From: Vicugna vicugna
Taxonomy: Eukaryota
Direction of reading: 5' to 3'
Length of the DNA stretch: 64,000 nt
NCBI GenBank assembly: GCA_013265495.1
Contig: MU061814.1
Span: 6,327,684-6,391,683, forward strand
Shown here: piece by piece, positions 1 through 12,985 of the stretch
How positions within the stretch are numbered: the stretch's first letter is position 1
Layout of the letters: each line of letters starts with the position of its first letter
The notes under the pieces: model-generated
Told to the model about the DNA's origin: nothing
The model's database searches: none
The model's input: only the letters and a program-made list of their open reading frames with translations
Program-made: the position numbers and the translations under genes

Positions 1-2312
1 GGCACTACACCATAGCATTCGTTCATTTGATCGCCTGTTCGTTCAGCACGTGTGTCGAGCCCTCGCCAACACATTAGGATGCTCCTTGGCATAAAATCTG
101 ACATAAAAACATTACGCCAGAAGTCGGTGTGACAAAGTCCTGAACATTGATGAATTTCCCCCAGGATGACTATTTGGACACTTCTGGGGAAAAAAGCCAA
201 GTTCTTCTTAAAACAATTGTTCTTGGTTCCCTGCTTTGATAATTCCCTAAACCCTGGCCCTGACTCTTAGAAATGCAGTGGGGTGGGGGATGTGAGGGAG
301 GTGGGTGGGGTCCCCACGGAGGAGCCTTGGCCGCAGATCTGGGAGAAGGAGGAGGAGTTTGGGTCCAGCTCAGGCTGCCCAGAGAGACGGGCTTGGCTGT
401 AGTCCTCCTGGAGCTGCTGATGGCAGCACCCTGGTGTTGGGGGCAGGGGGGCCCCGGGGCTACTGAGGATGGTGGTGAACAGAGCTGGGGCAACGTGGGA
501 TGGGGTGTGCAGAGGATGCCCGCACAGTTCGCCACCAGGTCAAAGGAGAAGGAAGATTCCTCTCAGGGCACCTCTGGGACGGGTCCAGGACCCACAGGAG
601 GCCCTGCCCCGTTTAGGGAGGGGGATCTGAGGACAGAGATCGGTTCTGCTGGTGACAGTTGGACTTGGGGAACCCATGGGGGCCCCAGGCTGTGCCTGCG
701 GGATAAGGTGATGTAGGAAGCTCTCGCAGAAGACGGGCTGAGGGGCTGGCCCCATGGCCTCCCACCCTGGTTTCCCAGGATGTGGTGTTTCCAGGACTCT
801 CAGTTTTAACACCAAGACAGTCTGGACAAATCTTTATGAGCTGACTGACCCCTTGTAGGTCTTTGTTCCTGATGTGGCTGAGCTGAGTGGCAGCTGCCTC
901 TGTGTCTGAGGGTCCAGGGCCCCACAGGAAAGAAGCCAGTTCAAAGTTCAAGCTTCTTCCCCAACCCCGAAGCAGGATGGCTGTGGGCACAGAGGGCAGT
1001 CGTGCCCAGGGAGCCGCCGGCTCCCAGGTGAGGCATCTGCTCCCATTTGCAGGGCACTGCTGCCCCCTGGGACCTCTTGTTCTCCTGCTCCAGACAGAGT
1101 CCTCTGCACAACTGGCCTTCGCTGCCCTGTGATTTCTGGTGTTTGGGGACGGAGGGTGGGTCACCTGTGTGCTGTTGACCTGGACTGTGGCTCAATCCTC
1201 CTTGTTGGTACCAGGCTGACTGCTCTGCATTTTTATGGTGAATTTGTTTCCTGAGCCATCATTGAAATTCTGGAAGCAGGGGAAATGCATTTGCTCCATC
1301 ACCTTCCGGATGTGACAAGTCCTATAAAATCTGTTAGAGCTTTTAATGAAATCCTTGCTCAGAGCTGCTCTGTGAATGAATGTGGAATCGGAATTTAAAT
1401 TGAAATGTTGTTTTTGTAGTCTGGAGGCTCTGTCTGGGGAGAAGTTAAAGGGACAGCCCACCTTTCTGCCGTAATTCTCAGGCTTGATGGGTGCCTTGCT
1501 TGGTGGCCCTCTGACCGGATGCTCAGGGCCTCCTCAGACCCTCCGGCTGCTGGGGAGAGACACTCCCCACGCCAAGCTCACAGAGGATACTGTGCAGAGG
1601 AGAAGGCAGGTGCACCTGTGGGCCAGGTAGCCACTGGGGCCTGGAGATGAATGTATTTACTTACAAGCAGATGCAGGTCCTGCACTCTGGTGACGCTGCA
1701 GGCTGCCTCTGTCTTGCCCCAGGTGAAGAAGTGGTGCTATAGGAGCTGAGCTGAAATTTGCATCCCTTCCGGGGGACGAGGGCGACATCGGCAGTGAGTG
1801 TGAAAGGCCACGTTTGGCACAGAGCATGTTCCAGGCCCAGGACAAGCCTCTCCTGCCCTCTTGACCGTCCTGAAGTTCTGGGTCCTTGGCCACCAAGATG
1901 GGAATTTGAGTGTGTGGTCCCTCCCACCCATCTGTGAGGCTCTTTTTACAGCTCCAACGTCACTAGTAACCTGGGAAACACGTGAGGCTGGCAAAACTGA
2001 AAACTCAAGATTCTCTAAGCGTGAGTGAGTGGGTGTGAGGGGTGAGCTTCATGCAGCAGCAAGAAGACGACCAGCAGAAGCCCCAGAGAGCCTCACCTGT
2101 GCTCCCAGGGTCACCCGTGCTCCCAGGCCACCCAAGGCTCCCAGTGGCAAGGAGACAGAGTCATTAAAAATGTATTTGTCATGACAAGAAGTGGACTTGG
2201 TATCCGTCAGCAGGAAAAACACAGAGATGTGGTTTATTTATGCCGTTTGGGGCCACACTTTTAAAATCAGCTAGACTACCTAGTTCTGATACACCTGAAA
2301 AATACTCACCTG

Positions 2313-2348
2313 TATGGTCCTCTGCTCTACCAGCTGAGCTGTCGAAGG
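2313..2348 (-). pseudogene. 5'-half tRNA-Tyr-like fragment
   Basis: The minus strand reads CCTTCGACAGCTCAGCTGGTAGAGCAGAGGACCATA, 30/32 identical to the first 32 nt of vertebrate tRNA-Tyr-GTA (recalled). No T-arm or 3' acceptor stem follows. Confidence 0.75.
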
Positions 2349-2374
2349 GTGCGCACCTCAAAATAGCACTGAGT

Positions 2375-2610
2375 GATAAAAGCAAGTGCACAGGGTTTTG
2401 TTCCACGTGATCACATCAACATAATCTTCAGAGAACATTACGCGCTCTTCTTGGATGTATACATAGGTGGTAAAACGATGAAAACACGCAGAGATGGCAC
2501 AGACCAGTTTCAGAGATGCTCCCTCTGGGGAGCACGGCAAAGATCTGAGTGTTTATTGTCGTCGTCTCTGGGTTTGAACACTTTCTTGCTTAAAAATTTA
2601 AAAACAAAGA
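2375..2610 (+). mobile_element. Old L1ME-like 3' fragment; boundaries approximate
   Basis: ggatgtatacataggtggtaaaacgatgaaaac...tttcagagatgctccctctgggga resembles L1ME 3'-UTR motifs and ends in an A-rich stretch. Confidence 0.45.
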
Positions 2611-5600
2611 TTATGGGGCATGGGACGAGGAGGCAGGCTGAAGGACGTTCATCCCCAGGTGGCGGAGGGAGTGATCTGGCAGTGGAGGACTGGACATAGG
2701 GGGTATGTTGAGGATTCCGGGCAGAATTTTGAAGGAGGAAGACCTGAAAAGAAGGAGAGTCCCAGAGCAAAGGGCAGCTGGGGGCACCCGGGGGGGGAGC
2801 CGAGGCGGGCAGGTGCTCAGGTTCTAGCCTAGAGGTGGTGCGGAGCAGGCAACATGGGGTCACAATGATACTTCTGAGAACCTCGAGCCCAGGTGGGGAC
2901 CTGTGCCAGCGCCACACCCAGAGTCCGGGGTGGGCGCAGTTCCTCCCCATCCAGGCTTCAGGGTCCATGCAGGTCAGGATGGGGGGCGGTATGGAGATAC
3001 GGGATGGAGGGGGCTGTGGAGCTAAGGAGTGAGCCCCTTCAAGGCTGAGAGCATGTGTAATTCCTCCTCCAATGGATGACGATCACGGGCTGACTTGGCC
3101 ATGGAGAGCAGAAGCGTGCAGTGTAATGCTAACTTTTTGTTCACGGCGCAGCTGCTAACCGCACCACAAACAAGTTTCACCAGCCACTGCTGCTTGCTCA
3201 CTTGCAAGTCAGCTCGTTACGCTCCTGGTGGGTCCCCCTCCTCTCCAGATCCCCCTGAGCCCACCCTGTCCTGCCATCCCTGCTCGGAGATTCTTTTGTG
3301 CTCATGACCCTCAGGATGGCACCCCCGCTGGGGCTCCTGAACCTCACGGTGCATGTGCAGGGCTGGCCTCTCCTCTCCCCTCCCTTGTAACAGTCCCCCA
3401 GCTTGGCCCCCCACCATCTCTTTACAACACCAGTAGTGACACAGACCTGGAACTTGGCTCCCCACGATCCGAGTCTTCCTTGGACTCGGTCCTGCCCCTC
3501 TTCCCAGGAGGCACCTCCTAGGGGCCCGAGGGCCAATCATATCTTCATTCCTTCCTTCCTTGGGCCCTGACCACCTCCCTGCTTAGGCCTGCCTCCCGGG
3601 GCCCTCTGCAGGCTGGCCCCAGGGTGAGCCCAGGTGGGGCTGAAGCAAAGCGAAGTCTGAGCTGGTCGGTCAGCACGCAGACACAGTGACTCCTGCCCCC
3701 AGACAGCAGCGGGCCCTGGTTTCTGAGCACTGACAGTGACCTTCTGGGTGGGATTTCTAGAGTCCTCTTCAGGCACCCTCAGGACGCAGACCCTGGCTGG
3801 GCACTTCCTGTGGGCAGAGCCTCCAGCACCTTCCCCTGAGGCTTCCCCTCCACGCTGGGGTCCAGTCCAGGCTAGGCGGCACATACTTGTATTGGAGCCT
3901 CCAGTGGGGGAAGGGAGATTATTCCCATCCCACCAACCCATTCAGTTTTTAGATCAAACGTTACTAGAGCCCCGTGGGTGGGTTGGGAGTGGCCAGACTG
4001 AAGCAGGCTGGTGGGAACGGACACTGGGGTCCGTCCCCGACAAGGGCTCACTTTGGGGAAAAGGGTCCAGGTTCAACACAGGGCCTGGAGGTCGGTGGTG
4101 GCACACGGTGGAGTCATGAGGGGAGTCCCCAGGCTTGGGCTCTGGGCCACGCTTAAGCTGATCAGAGTCGTGACCCCTGGCCCTCCAGCGGCCTGGGGAC
4201 AGGGATGCTGGGTGGCAGGAGGCCTCCCCCTACCCAGTTCACAGGGCCAGGCCCCCCAGAGACACCTGGTGTCTATGACTGGGGCTCACCACCTTGCATA
4301 CGGGGCTGGACTTCTCCACCCCGGCCAGGCAGGACCCGTCCCTGGACTGGGCAGGACAGCAGAGGTTTTGGGCCGCTGAGTGTTGGAGGAGAGGCTTACA
4401 CACTAATGAGGGAAACAGAAACCATGCTCCTGTTTGTACTCTGAGCTGGTGAGGGATCATAGTACCCACTCCCCTTCCCACATTTCCTGGACCCTTCTCA
4501 TGGAGTCCAGGGGATGGTCTGGCCCAACCTGTTTTTTGAGTCTTCTGGTTGGGCAGGGGAACAGATCTGTCACAACCACACCAAAGTGCTGTGGTGGACA
4601 GAGGGCTGTGGGGCCTGGGGTTCCAGGAGCCCTGGCTCTCAGCCCTGGGCCGGGGGCTGGTGGTCACTGATGGGTGGCAGTGGACCAGAGGTCAGGCTGC
4701 GTGCGGCCCAGGGCCTGGTGAGTTGCCTCAGCCCGCTCGTGGATTCTGCCCATGTAAGTAAGGGAGACTGTGGGCCCTGCCAGGGCCGGGCACTCCCTGG
4801 GTTTGAGCCTGGGCCCTTCTTCCTGTGTCCACCAGCCCCAGCTCCAAATCTGGCAGGGCTCGGGCTAGGCCCAGGGTCATGAGACAAAGAGCAGCTCTGG
4901 CGGAGGCCCTGGGCAGCTGAGGGGCTTCAGCTCGGCCTGGGGGATGGGCCACTGACTCCTTGCAGAGCACCCTCCCCCCTCTTTCACCCCTAGACTCTGT
5001 TTTCAATCAGTTCAATTAGCACAACTTTGAAGCAATTAGGGAGACCCTGCTGCAGGCAGTGCTGAGTGCACTCGGCCCCCTGTCCTGCAGCCTGCCAGCT
5101 GCTGCACCAGCCTTGCGGGTCCTGCTTCCCCTGACCCAGCTCAGGCCGCACCTTCTTTTGAGGCTCTGCAGAGGGAAGGGGGCAGCCTAGGGGAGAGACC
5201 CAGAGTGGGAGGGACGAGGAATAGAAAATCCGTCTCCCTTGGGCCCTGGGCCTAGACTCACAGAGGAGACAGAGTAAGGATGCTGGTTAGAAGCTCAGCC
5301 GCTGAGCCAGGGTGGTGGGTGCAAATTCAGGGCCCACTCCTGAGAGCTGCCTCTTCCTCCCCCTCCCCCCTGCAGAGGGAGGAGGAGGACTGGGTAAGTT
5401 TGTGACATTCCTGATCATCAACGCTGCTCCCTTCTGTGGTCTCTGGCTGGAGGGAAGGAGTCTACAGCAGTTTTCTGGGGAGGGGGAAACGTGCCACTCT
5501 CTGCCCCTACACCATGGCCTCCAGGGACCCCCAGCTTGGCACCTCTTGGCAGGGCAGCCTTTGTTTAGGGCTCTGGCCTCTTCACTCTGCACACCCGGGC

Positions 5601-7593
5601 AAGGGGGCCCAGGCCTGTACCCTGCACTTCGCAGAGGCCTTCTGGGCCAGTTCCAGAGCCGCCGGGAGGAGGTGACCTCTCTGTGCTGCAGACGCCCTTG
5701 CTGGAGCCTGGGCTTTCTCCTCCATGCGCGTGGATGCGGCAGGGCAGGTGCAGGGGCTGACTCTGCAGACAGAGCCCTTTGTGTCAGGACCCACGTGCCA
5801 CCCCCTCCCCAGGCCTTCCGGCCTGCCCCTCCTCATTCCCCCAGCCTCTCAAAGAAGGCCTGTTCCGGGAGCCTCCTCTGGGAGACTTCCCTCCCCCAGG
5901 GTGGCCTCCCTCAGATGTGTGGGGCCTGCATCTGCCCTGTGCTTCCTTCACCATCCACACTGGCCAGGGCCTGGGTAGGCCCTGAGCTGGGCACTGGGGG
6001 GACAGCCCCATTATGCCCCACCCTCCCCTGAGGACTCAGGTGCTGGACAAATGATGACCTGATTACTTGTGCTGCTCTGTCTGTGAGGAGAGTGGCCCGG
6101 AGGAGGGGGCCAGGGCCTAGAGACTCCCAGGACACCCTGACCTAATCTGGAAACTCCAGAGAGAGGGTTTAGCAGGAGGACCAAGGGAAGGAGCTGGGTG
6201 GGGCAAAGCCTGGGAGATGGGAGGGAGCAAACCCTCCTGAGTGTGGCTGAGCTCAAGGGAGGGGTGGGGCTGAGGCCTGAGGGGGTCTGGAGGGCAGAGG
6301 GCAGGAGGAGGCCTGTGCTTTATCCTGCAGTGAAGGTGGATGCAGGGAGGTTCTGGGCCTGGGCCAGGAGGGGGGTGGGCCCCTCCTGTTCTCCCCCTGA
6401 AGAAGGGGCTTGCCTGACTCAGCGGGGACCGCCTCCCTGCTCTTTTGTGTCCCATGGCCTAGCAGGGCGAGCCAGGCCGGCCGTGGACAGCTGAAATGGG
6501 CTGGGGTGGGCGGGGGACGTGTTTGCTCTCAGTGGCAGGAGACGAAAGGAATCAGCACCCCCACCGTTGTTAAACTGATACTGTGTCCAGCCGCCCGGTC
6601 CACACCCACGCCTGCCGGCAGTGTTCCCTGGGGGCCCCATCACGTAGGGCTGGGGCACAGGCAGGTTTCCATGGCCTGTGTCCCCACAGCTACCACGGAG
6701 CAGGGGTGAAACCCTAAGGAGGGTTCCCCAAGGGAGGGATGCTGAGGGGTGCAAAGCAGCAAGCGGATCACCAGCCCAGAAAGTCCATTAGAAAGAGGGC
6801 ACCACCCACAGAACTAAAGGAGGGGACCACCCGCAGAGCTACGAGCTACTTCACTGTCACTTCAAAACCCAACAACCTCCCTTCTGACCTTGTGTGTCTG
6901 TCCCTGGGGTTGAGGGCCTCCTGGTGGTCAGGGGCTGCTTCCTGGCCCCTCCCTGCCTCCACCAAGGGCTCCCGAGGGATCTTGGCGATGCCTAATGCCC
7001 TCTCCCTGTGCTGGCTCTTCCCATTACAAATTCTCCACTTCCTGATGGAGCAATTTCCAACATAATGGCCCCACGTTGCAAGATAAATGTGAAAAACCAC
7101 CAAAGAGAGGCCTGGGGATGAGATACTTCTTCGGAGCGTCATCTGCAGAAGGCAGTCTGGCTGCTGGCAGGGCCTCCGTTCAGGTCTAGGGGAAAGACCT
7201 GGAAGACACTGACAGGCACTGGTCCTGAGCAGAGCAGACCAGAGGCCTGCATGGCTCCCAGCCCAGTGGGAGAGGCACAGAGAGGCACGCATGTGCAGGG
7301 GCCACACCCCAGGGGAGGTGCAGGGCTGCAGGTCTCTGGAGGAAGGGTGCTTGGGTGGAGACGAGGTGCAGCCTGTCCCACAATGAGGGCAATCTGAGAG
7401 CGTCCCTGCTGTGCCCAGCAGCTGCAAAGGCCCTTAGGAGTGGAGACCCAAGAGACCCTGGTCTGGGGGAAGCATGCGGCCCACCTCGAGGAAGGCCTCC
7501 TGGTCTGAGGAGGGGGATCTAGGACACATGATGAGCCCTGGGTTGAGTGGGAGGTGGACACCAATGGATCTTGGCCTGAGTCTGGGTGCCCAC

Positions 7594-7608
7594 CCACTAG
7601 ATGGCAGC
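7594..7608 (+). promoter_or_regulatory. Candidate CTCF site
   Basis: CCACTAGATGGCAGC fits the core CCASYAGRKGGCRS without mismatch. Confidence 0.55.
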
Positions 7609-7710
7609 TGATGGGGATTGGTCCACACGTGGCCCTCTTCTGGGTGCCGAGTGAGACCTGTAGCTTTTGTGCTTTCTCCAGCCTCACTCTCTGTCATGGG
7701 GGCAGGAATG

Positions 7711-7962
7711 GTGTGCACACACAGACACACACATATGCAAACACCAGTGTGCATGTGCACACAGACCCACATAACAGACAGGCGCACACACTGCACAAGA
7801 TGTGCATGCAGATGTGCACACGTAGACTCAGACGTGCACACAAACATGCTCACACGTGTACACGTGAATGCACACGTACCCACTACAAGACGTAACCACA
7901 GATGCGCACACAGATGTACACACACGGGTACACATAGATGTGCACACACGCACAAGCACAGC
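7711..7962. repeat. Degenerate (CA/CACG/TGCA)n low-complexity tract
   Basis: About 250 bp dominated by cacaca/gtgcac/atgtgc; gives the spurious His/Thr/Cys-rich ORFs in the track. Confidence 0.85.
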
Positions 7963-10900
7963 TCTGCCTCTGCTGCCAGCTGTCACCTCTCCCCGCTGGC
8001 CGTGTGTCCTCCATTCAGGACAGTGGAGCTAAGGGACAAATGGGGCCTGGAGGCAGAAGGCCTGGAGCTGGTGCCCTTTACGGGCCTTCGCTTCCCAGTC
8101 TGTGGCTTGGGGATGCTGGGGCGTCATCCTCAGGCTGTTGGAGGGAGTTAGTGCACCAAGGCGAGGGGCTGGTGCCTGGTGCTGGGTTACGGTTCAGAGG
8201 GTCCAAGCGAGCTGAGAACTTTCACCTCTGAACCCTGGCTTGAGGACAAAGTCTGATGACCCTTGAAGGTCTGGATGGGGCTGTGGGCTCCACTGTGCTT
8301 GGCTGGGCTCTGAGAGCCCCTGAGACGGCTGATTCTCTGCACCCTCATAGGGTGATTTGCTGAGGCCACCAAGGGCGTGGGCCAGCAGTCGGTGCTGGAG
8401 GGTCCCCAGCTCGGGGACGCCGCACGGCCCTCCCGCGGCTGACAGGTACTGGTGTTTCCCCACCCCGTCCAGCCCTGGCCTGGCCCGGCGTCGCTGCTCT
8501 GTGCCCCAGGGGCTTGGGCCAGGGTTTACTCTGTGGGGGCTCTGGGAGGGACGCCCAGAGCCCCGTTTCTGTTTCCAACTACAGGAACTTGCCTGCTGAG
8601 AGGTTGGTGCCCCGGAGCGTGGGGGTCTGCAGACCTCAGGGCGCTTGAGGACAGCTGTGAGAGAGACCCCGGTCTCGGGCTGTAGAGGTTCCTGAGTCTG
8701 GGCGTGGCTTCCTCATCCCCCCTCTAGGCTGCATGAAGGGCACAGAGACCAGAGGGCTCACAGCGGGTTCAAGGCCAGCTCCCCCAGAGGAGCCCTGTGT
8801 CCCTTCCTCTTCTTGTCTTGAGAGCCGTTCATTCAGGAAACACACAGGGTGCCCGATCCTGCGAGGGATGCCTTCCCCAGGAGGTGCCGGAGGACGTGGA
8901 CCCTGCTTTGTGGAGGGGTGCCATGGGGACAACTGGGCTGACACCCACATCTAGGTCACCAGGACTGGGGTGCCCGAGCTGGTGTTGGGGGGCCCCTTGG
9001 AGGAGGGGACACCTAGGCGGCTGGCTGTGTGGCGAGGAGTGTGTCAGCACAGGACTGCGGCCAGAGAGCACAAGTGGAGGGAGGGCCACAGAGCCACAGC
9101 AGGATGTCAGGTCCAGACACCGGAGGAGTGTGGGTTAGGGGCTCCGTGGGCAGCTGCCAAAGGGCCAGAGAAAGCCAGACTGAGCTGCCACAAGAGAACT
9201 CAGAGGACCAGTTGGGCCATTCAGTGTTTGTTCGTTCACTGGACAGTCATTTCATGAGTGCCCCAGAGGTGCTGGGCGCTGTCCTTCTGTGGGGCTTGTG
9301 TCTCAGTGGGTGAAAGCCAGCCAGGTTCAAGGGTGGGAGGTGTGGCATGGCCAGCTGGGGTGTCTGAGGTGCTCAGGTTGGTCAGAACCAGTGTCGCTGG
9401 ATGTGTAGGGAGGAGGCTAGTGTGGCTGCTGGGGTAGGCCGAGTGCAGCGGGCATGAGCCGCACTGCCCCCACCCCAGCCCGCCGCCATGACTGGCCTGG
9501 GCTGAGGATGAGTCCAGAATGGGCCTTGGAGCTGAGCCAAGAAGGGGATGTGGCAGCCCCTTCCCTGCACGAGGTGTGGGTCTGAGCTTGGATCCTGCAC
9601 TGCCCCAGCCTGCTTCTCTTCCGCGGGATGCGGCTTGGCTGCCAGGAGCTTCCCACCCATCATCATCCTTCCAGGAGAAGGTGGAGCTGGAGGTGGCAGC
9701 AACCACCTAGGGGCATCAGCCACAGGTAAGCCTCTGCTGCTGATTTTCCATTCACGTCCCCATGGCACTGGAGGACCCTTCAAACAGGATGGCGTGTTCG
9801 TTCACACGAAGGGTGCGGCATTGCTGGGACAGCACAGGCTGCGTTGTTTCCTTGGAGTCTCACGTGGTGTCTGGGGTCTTCCTTGGTTTAGAAACAAGTG
9901 GCAGGACAGTCCCCATGTTTCTGGGGACCCCGTGGAGTCAGGCTGGGGGGCGGGAGCCTGGGACAGGCGGCAAGGACGCAGGACAGGGTTGTGGGCTCCT
10001 TCTCTGCCTTGCATGTGCAGCTGAGCCTCAGCCACCTTGCACCGGACCCCAGGGCTTTGTGGGGTCTCAGGACTCCATGTGCCTGTCCGGCACCCACCTC
10101 CCAAGCTCTGTGTGTACACAGTGCGCACGTGAGTGTCTGTCCCATGTTCTTGTTCTGCTACACTGGGGGTGGTTTCCGAGCTTCCAGCAGGTCTGTCTTG
10201 GCTGACGCAGGACTGTGCGCCTCTCCTCCCACAATCCTGCGTATCCTTTCTTGGGTGGGGGCCTTTGGCCACCCCATGCAGGTGGCTGTTCCCCCAAGGT
10301 CACCGGGGCTTCCCTGAAGCCGCCCTCTTCCCCTGCCCTCCCCTCCAACACCCTGTGCTTGGCTGGTCCCACCACCAGCCCCCACCCCACCTGCTCTCTC
10401 TGTGAGATTTGCATACAGGTGCCCCTGCTGGTAGCAGCTGAAGGGCTGGGGGTGGAGCCAGGGCCCATGCTGGGAGGGCGGCAGCACGGGAGCACAGGTG
10501 CTGGGACAATGGCCACTTGGAAAGTGGATTTTAGTTCCTTGCCACCTCCTGAGAGCTGCAGCCTGGCTCCCGTGCCCTGGGGGGAGGTGGGCTCTGGTGT
10601 TTGGGGCCCCGGGGAGCCTTTGTGCCACCAGGTCTCTCTGGAGCCTTGTCGCGTCAGCCACTGTCCAAGCCTCCATTCCTGGTCTGTAGCTTTGTGGGGG
10701 ACGGGGGTGCCTGCAAGGGTTGTGTAAGCTGAGGCCCTGTGACCGCTGCAGCTGGATGGGGTTGGGGGTGTCCCTTCAGGTGCAGGAGGACTCTCAGCCC
10801 AGGCTGCACGTTCACAGAGCCCTCCCATGAAGCCTTCTGGGCTCCCTCCCAGTGGGGCAGTGCCCAGCCAGCAGGACAGTGAGCCTGGCAGGTCTGTTGA

Positions 10901-12779
10901 CAGACTGAGATGTCGCTGTGTGCCTGAAATGTTTATTAACCCAGCAATTATCCAGTGAACATGCCAACCATGGAAGGGTTGAATTTTAAATGCAAGTGTT
11001 GGACACGCACCCTGATTTTTGTAACACAGCTTCAGCATTCTTTGTTTCCTAACAGCCTGAAGGCCTCATGGATGGGAGGTGTCCCACCCACCTGATTACC
11101 ACCTTGGTGAAGGTCGGGGATGGTCCTGGGCTCACAGCACCTCCCCTCCCAGCCAGCTCTGGGCCCTTTTCCAGCAGCCTCCTCCACACCCCCTGCCCTG
11201 CCTGTGCTCCTGGGGCTGGGGGGGCCAGGGTCTGTTGGCCTGCCCCTCTTTCCTTCCAGACTCAGGGATGTCTAGCTTGTAGGGCTGGGGTCGATGTTGT
11301 CCCACAGGCCTCTGGCTGGACACTGGGTTGCCTTGCCTGGATGTGTCTAGGACTCTGGAGGTGTGTGTGGTGTGGTGGGGATCAGGTAGGTAGGGGGACA
11401 TGGGCTCTGGGCTCCACGGCATTGTGGATAGTCACACTGGTGGCCCCTAGTGAGCCCTGTCCCCCGTGTCTGAGACTGGAGGTAGCCCTTCCCACATGTA
11501 CTGATCTGCACCAGCAAACCTGATGTATCCACCTGCTCATTCGCCTGCCTCCTCTGTGCACAACCCTCCATCCACCCACCCACCCAGCCATCCATCCCCT
11601 ACTTCCCCACCCACACATTCATGCACTCGAGGATGGCAGAGCTGGGGTGTGGGGAGGTCAGGGCTGTTAATGGACTCATTGCAGCTTCATCCAGTAGGCT
11701 CAAGGCTCTGCTTCTGGGTGTAGTGGGGACTGGAGGTCTGCACAGGGTCTGGAAGGTTCCAAGCCACTCTAGCCTGCGAAGGCTTGAACTGGGACAGGGC
11801 CCAGGGAAGGTGTGGCCTGGGCCCTGGGCAGTGCTGCGAGGCCTAGCCTGGCTCAGGCCCACTGGCGGGCTGGGCGGTCCTGGGCTAACCAGGCCTACGC
11901 CCTGTAGGCCCTGCAGTCAGTGTCCCTCGTGGCTGTCCCGGTGGGTGTGTCCTCCAGATACCTGCCCGGAACCCCTCAGCCATCGCCGCTGCCTCCCATC
12001 CTTCTGCTTCGCTCACGTTCCCTTCGGGTGCCTCCTGCTCACTCCAGGGCTGGGACGAGGGTAAGGCCTCAACACCCCCTGTGCCAGCCCCCAGTCCCGT
12101 TCTCCCTTGGAAGCCCAGGGTGGGGCCCGTCCTCAACCAGAGGCTTTCACCAGTGAGGCCTCCCCTGTGGGGCGCAAGGCCCAGATCCAGGGTTTGGCTC
12201 CAGTCCCGGCCCTGCCCTGGGAACTGCGGGCCCTTGCCCTCTTCAGCCTTGTCTGCAAGGTGGGACCCATGCTGTTGGCCCTGCAGGACCCCCACGTAGG
12301 GGCTGGACCCGTCTTGCCACACCCTCATGGGGTTGGTGTGTTGGGGGAGGGACAGGAGAGCTGGCACCAGGGCCTGTCTTGATGCTGGCTCCGTCCAGGG
12401 CTCCGGCTGCCCTTTCTCCTTCTGGGCTTCAGGTTCCCCGCTGCTGAGAGGGACCCAGGGCTCTCCTTGACTCCCCCAGGAAGCCGTCCTGTTATATGGG
12501 AGTGTGGTGCAGGCTCCAGTGCTGGGTACGGCTGGAACCACCCCCGATCAGTGTGTCCTGGGCTGTGGCCTGGGGTCTCAGGACTGAGTCTTGGGGGAGT
12601 GTTGTCTTTGAGCCTCAGCACGTGGCCAGCCAGTGCCCACCTGCTCCACCAAGCTCCGTTCTCGCTGCGGCGGGGGCTGGACGTTCAGGCAGGGGTGTTT
12701 CCCTCTGGGGTCCTGCTGGGGCCTCCCCTCCCCAGAGCCTTGTTGGCGCTTGTGGCCATGCTCTCATGGCTGCTGTGAG

Positions 12780-12929
12780 CAGAGGCCGGCAGCCTGGCCT
12801 CCCATGGCAACCGCCGAGCCTCACTCCCAGTCCAGGCGCCTGGGCTGCTTTATCTCCCAGGCCATCTGTTCGGGAGCAGAATTCCAGAGCCGTTTGAACG
12901 GAGCCTGGAGCCTCTGCCCTCCTCCTCCT

Positions 12930-12977
<48 letters not shown>

Positions 12978-12985
12978 ACATGCAG
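12780..12985 (+). other. MYT1: Candidate non-coding first exon of MYT1 (5' end undetermined)
   Basis: Locally CpG-rich segment with an RFX-like half-site CCATGGCAAC (12802-12811), ending in a strong donor CAG|GTGAG at 12985/12986. It is 31 kb upstream of the ATG, similar to the recalled ~34 kb in human. No transcript evidence is available. Confidence 0.45.
12929..12984. repeat. (TG)2(CG)4(CA)17-based alternating purine-pyrimidine tract, 56 bp
   Basis: tgtgcgcgcgcgcacaca...cacacgtacatgca is an uninterrupted pyrimidine/purine alternation. Confidence 0.95.

Noticed and set aside
272-539. Open minus-strand frame reading ...HQQLQEDYSQARLSGQPELDPNSSSFSQICG...
   Set aside because: Protein-like by eye but has no start codon or convincing acceptor and no similarity to a protein I know.
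2093-2144. Short tandem repeats (18-mer x3 here; 10-mer x3 near 35810; 13-bp duplication near 36115) considered as CRISPR-like or functional arrays
   Set aside because: No spacers, only 2-3 degenerate copies, and eukaryotic context; ordinary slippage products.
3228-3521. ORF ending SSDTDLELGSPRSESSLDSVLPLFPGGTS
   Set aside because: Non-ATG start, no splice support and no recognisable family; treated as chance.
7434-8151. Cys/His/Thr-rich ORFs resembling metal-binding peptides
   Set aside because: They are translations of the degenerate CA/TG repeat at 7711-7962.
10067-11038. 323-aa minus-strand ORF, the longest in the track
   Set aside because: No recognisable domain, low-complexity Pro/Gly/Ser composition, and overlapped by ORFs in several other frames, as expected where GC-rich DNA has few stop codons.
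1-12700. NPBWR2/GPR8 or another neighbour gene upstream of MYT1
   Set aside because: No seven-transmembrane ORF or GPCR motifs (DRY, NPxxY) in any listed frame; the syntenic neighbour probably lies outside the window.
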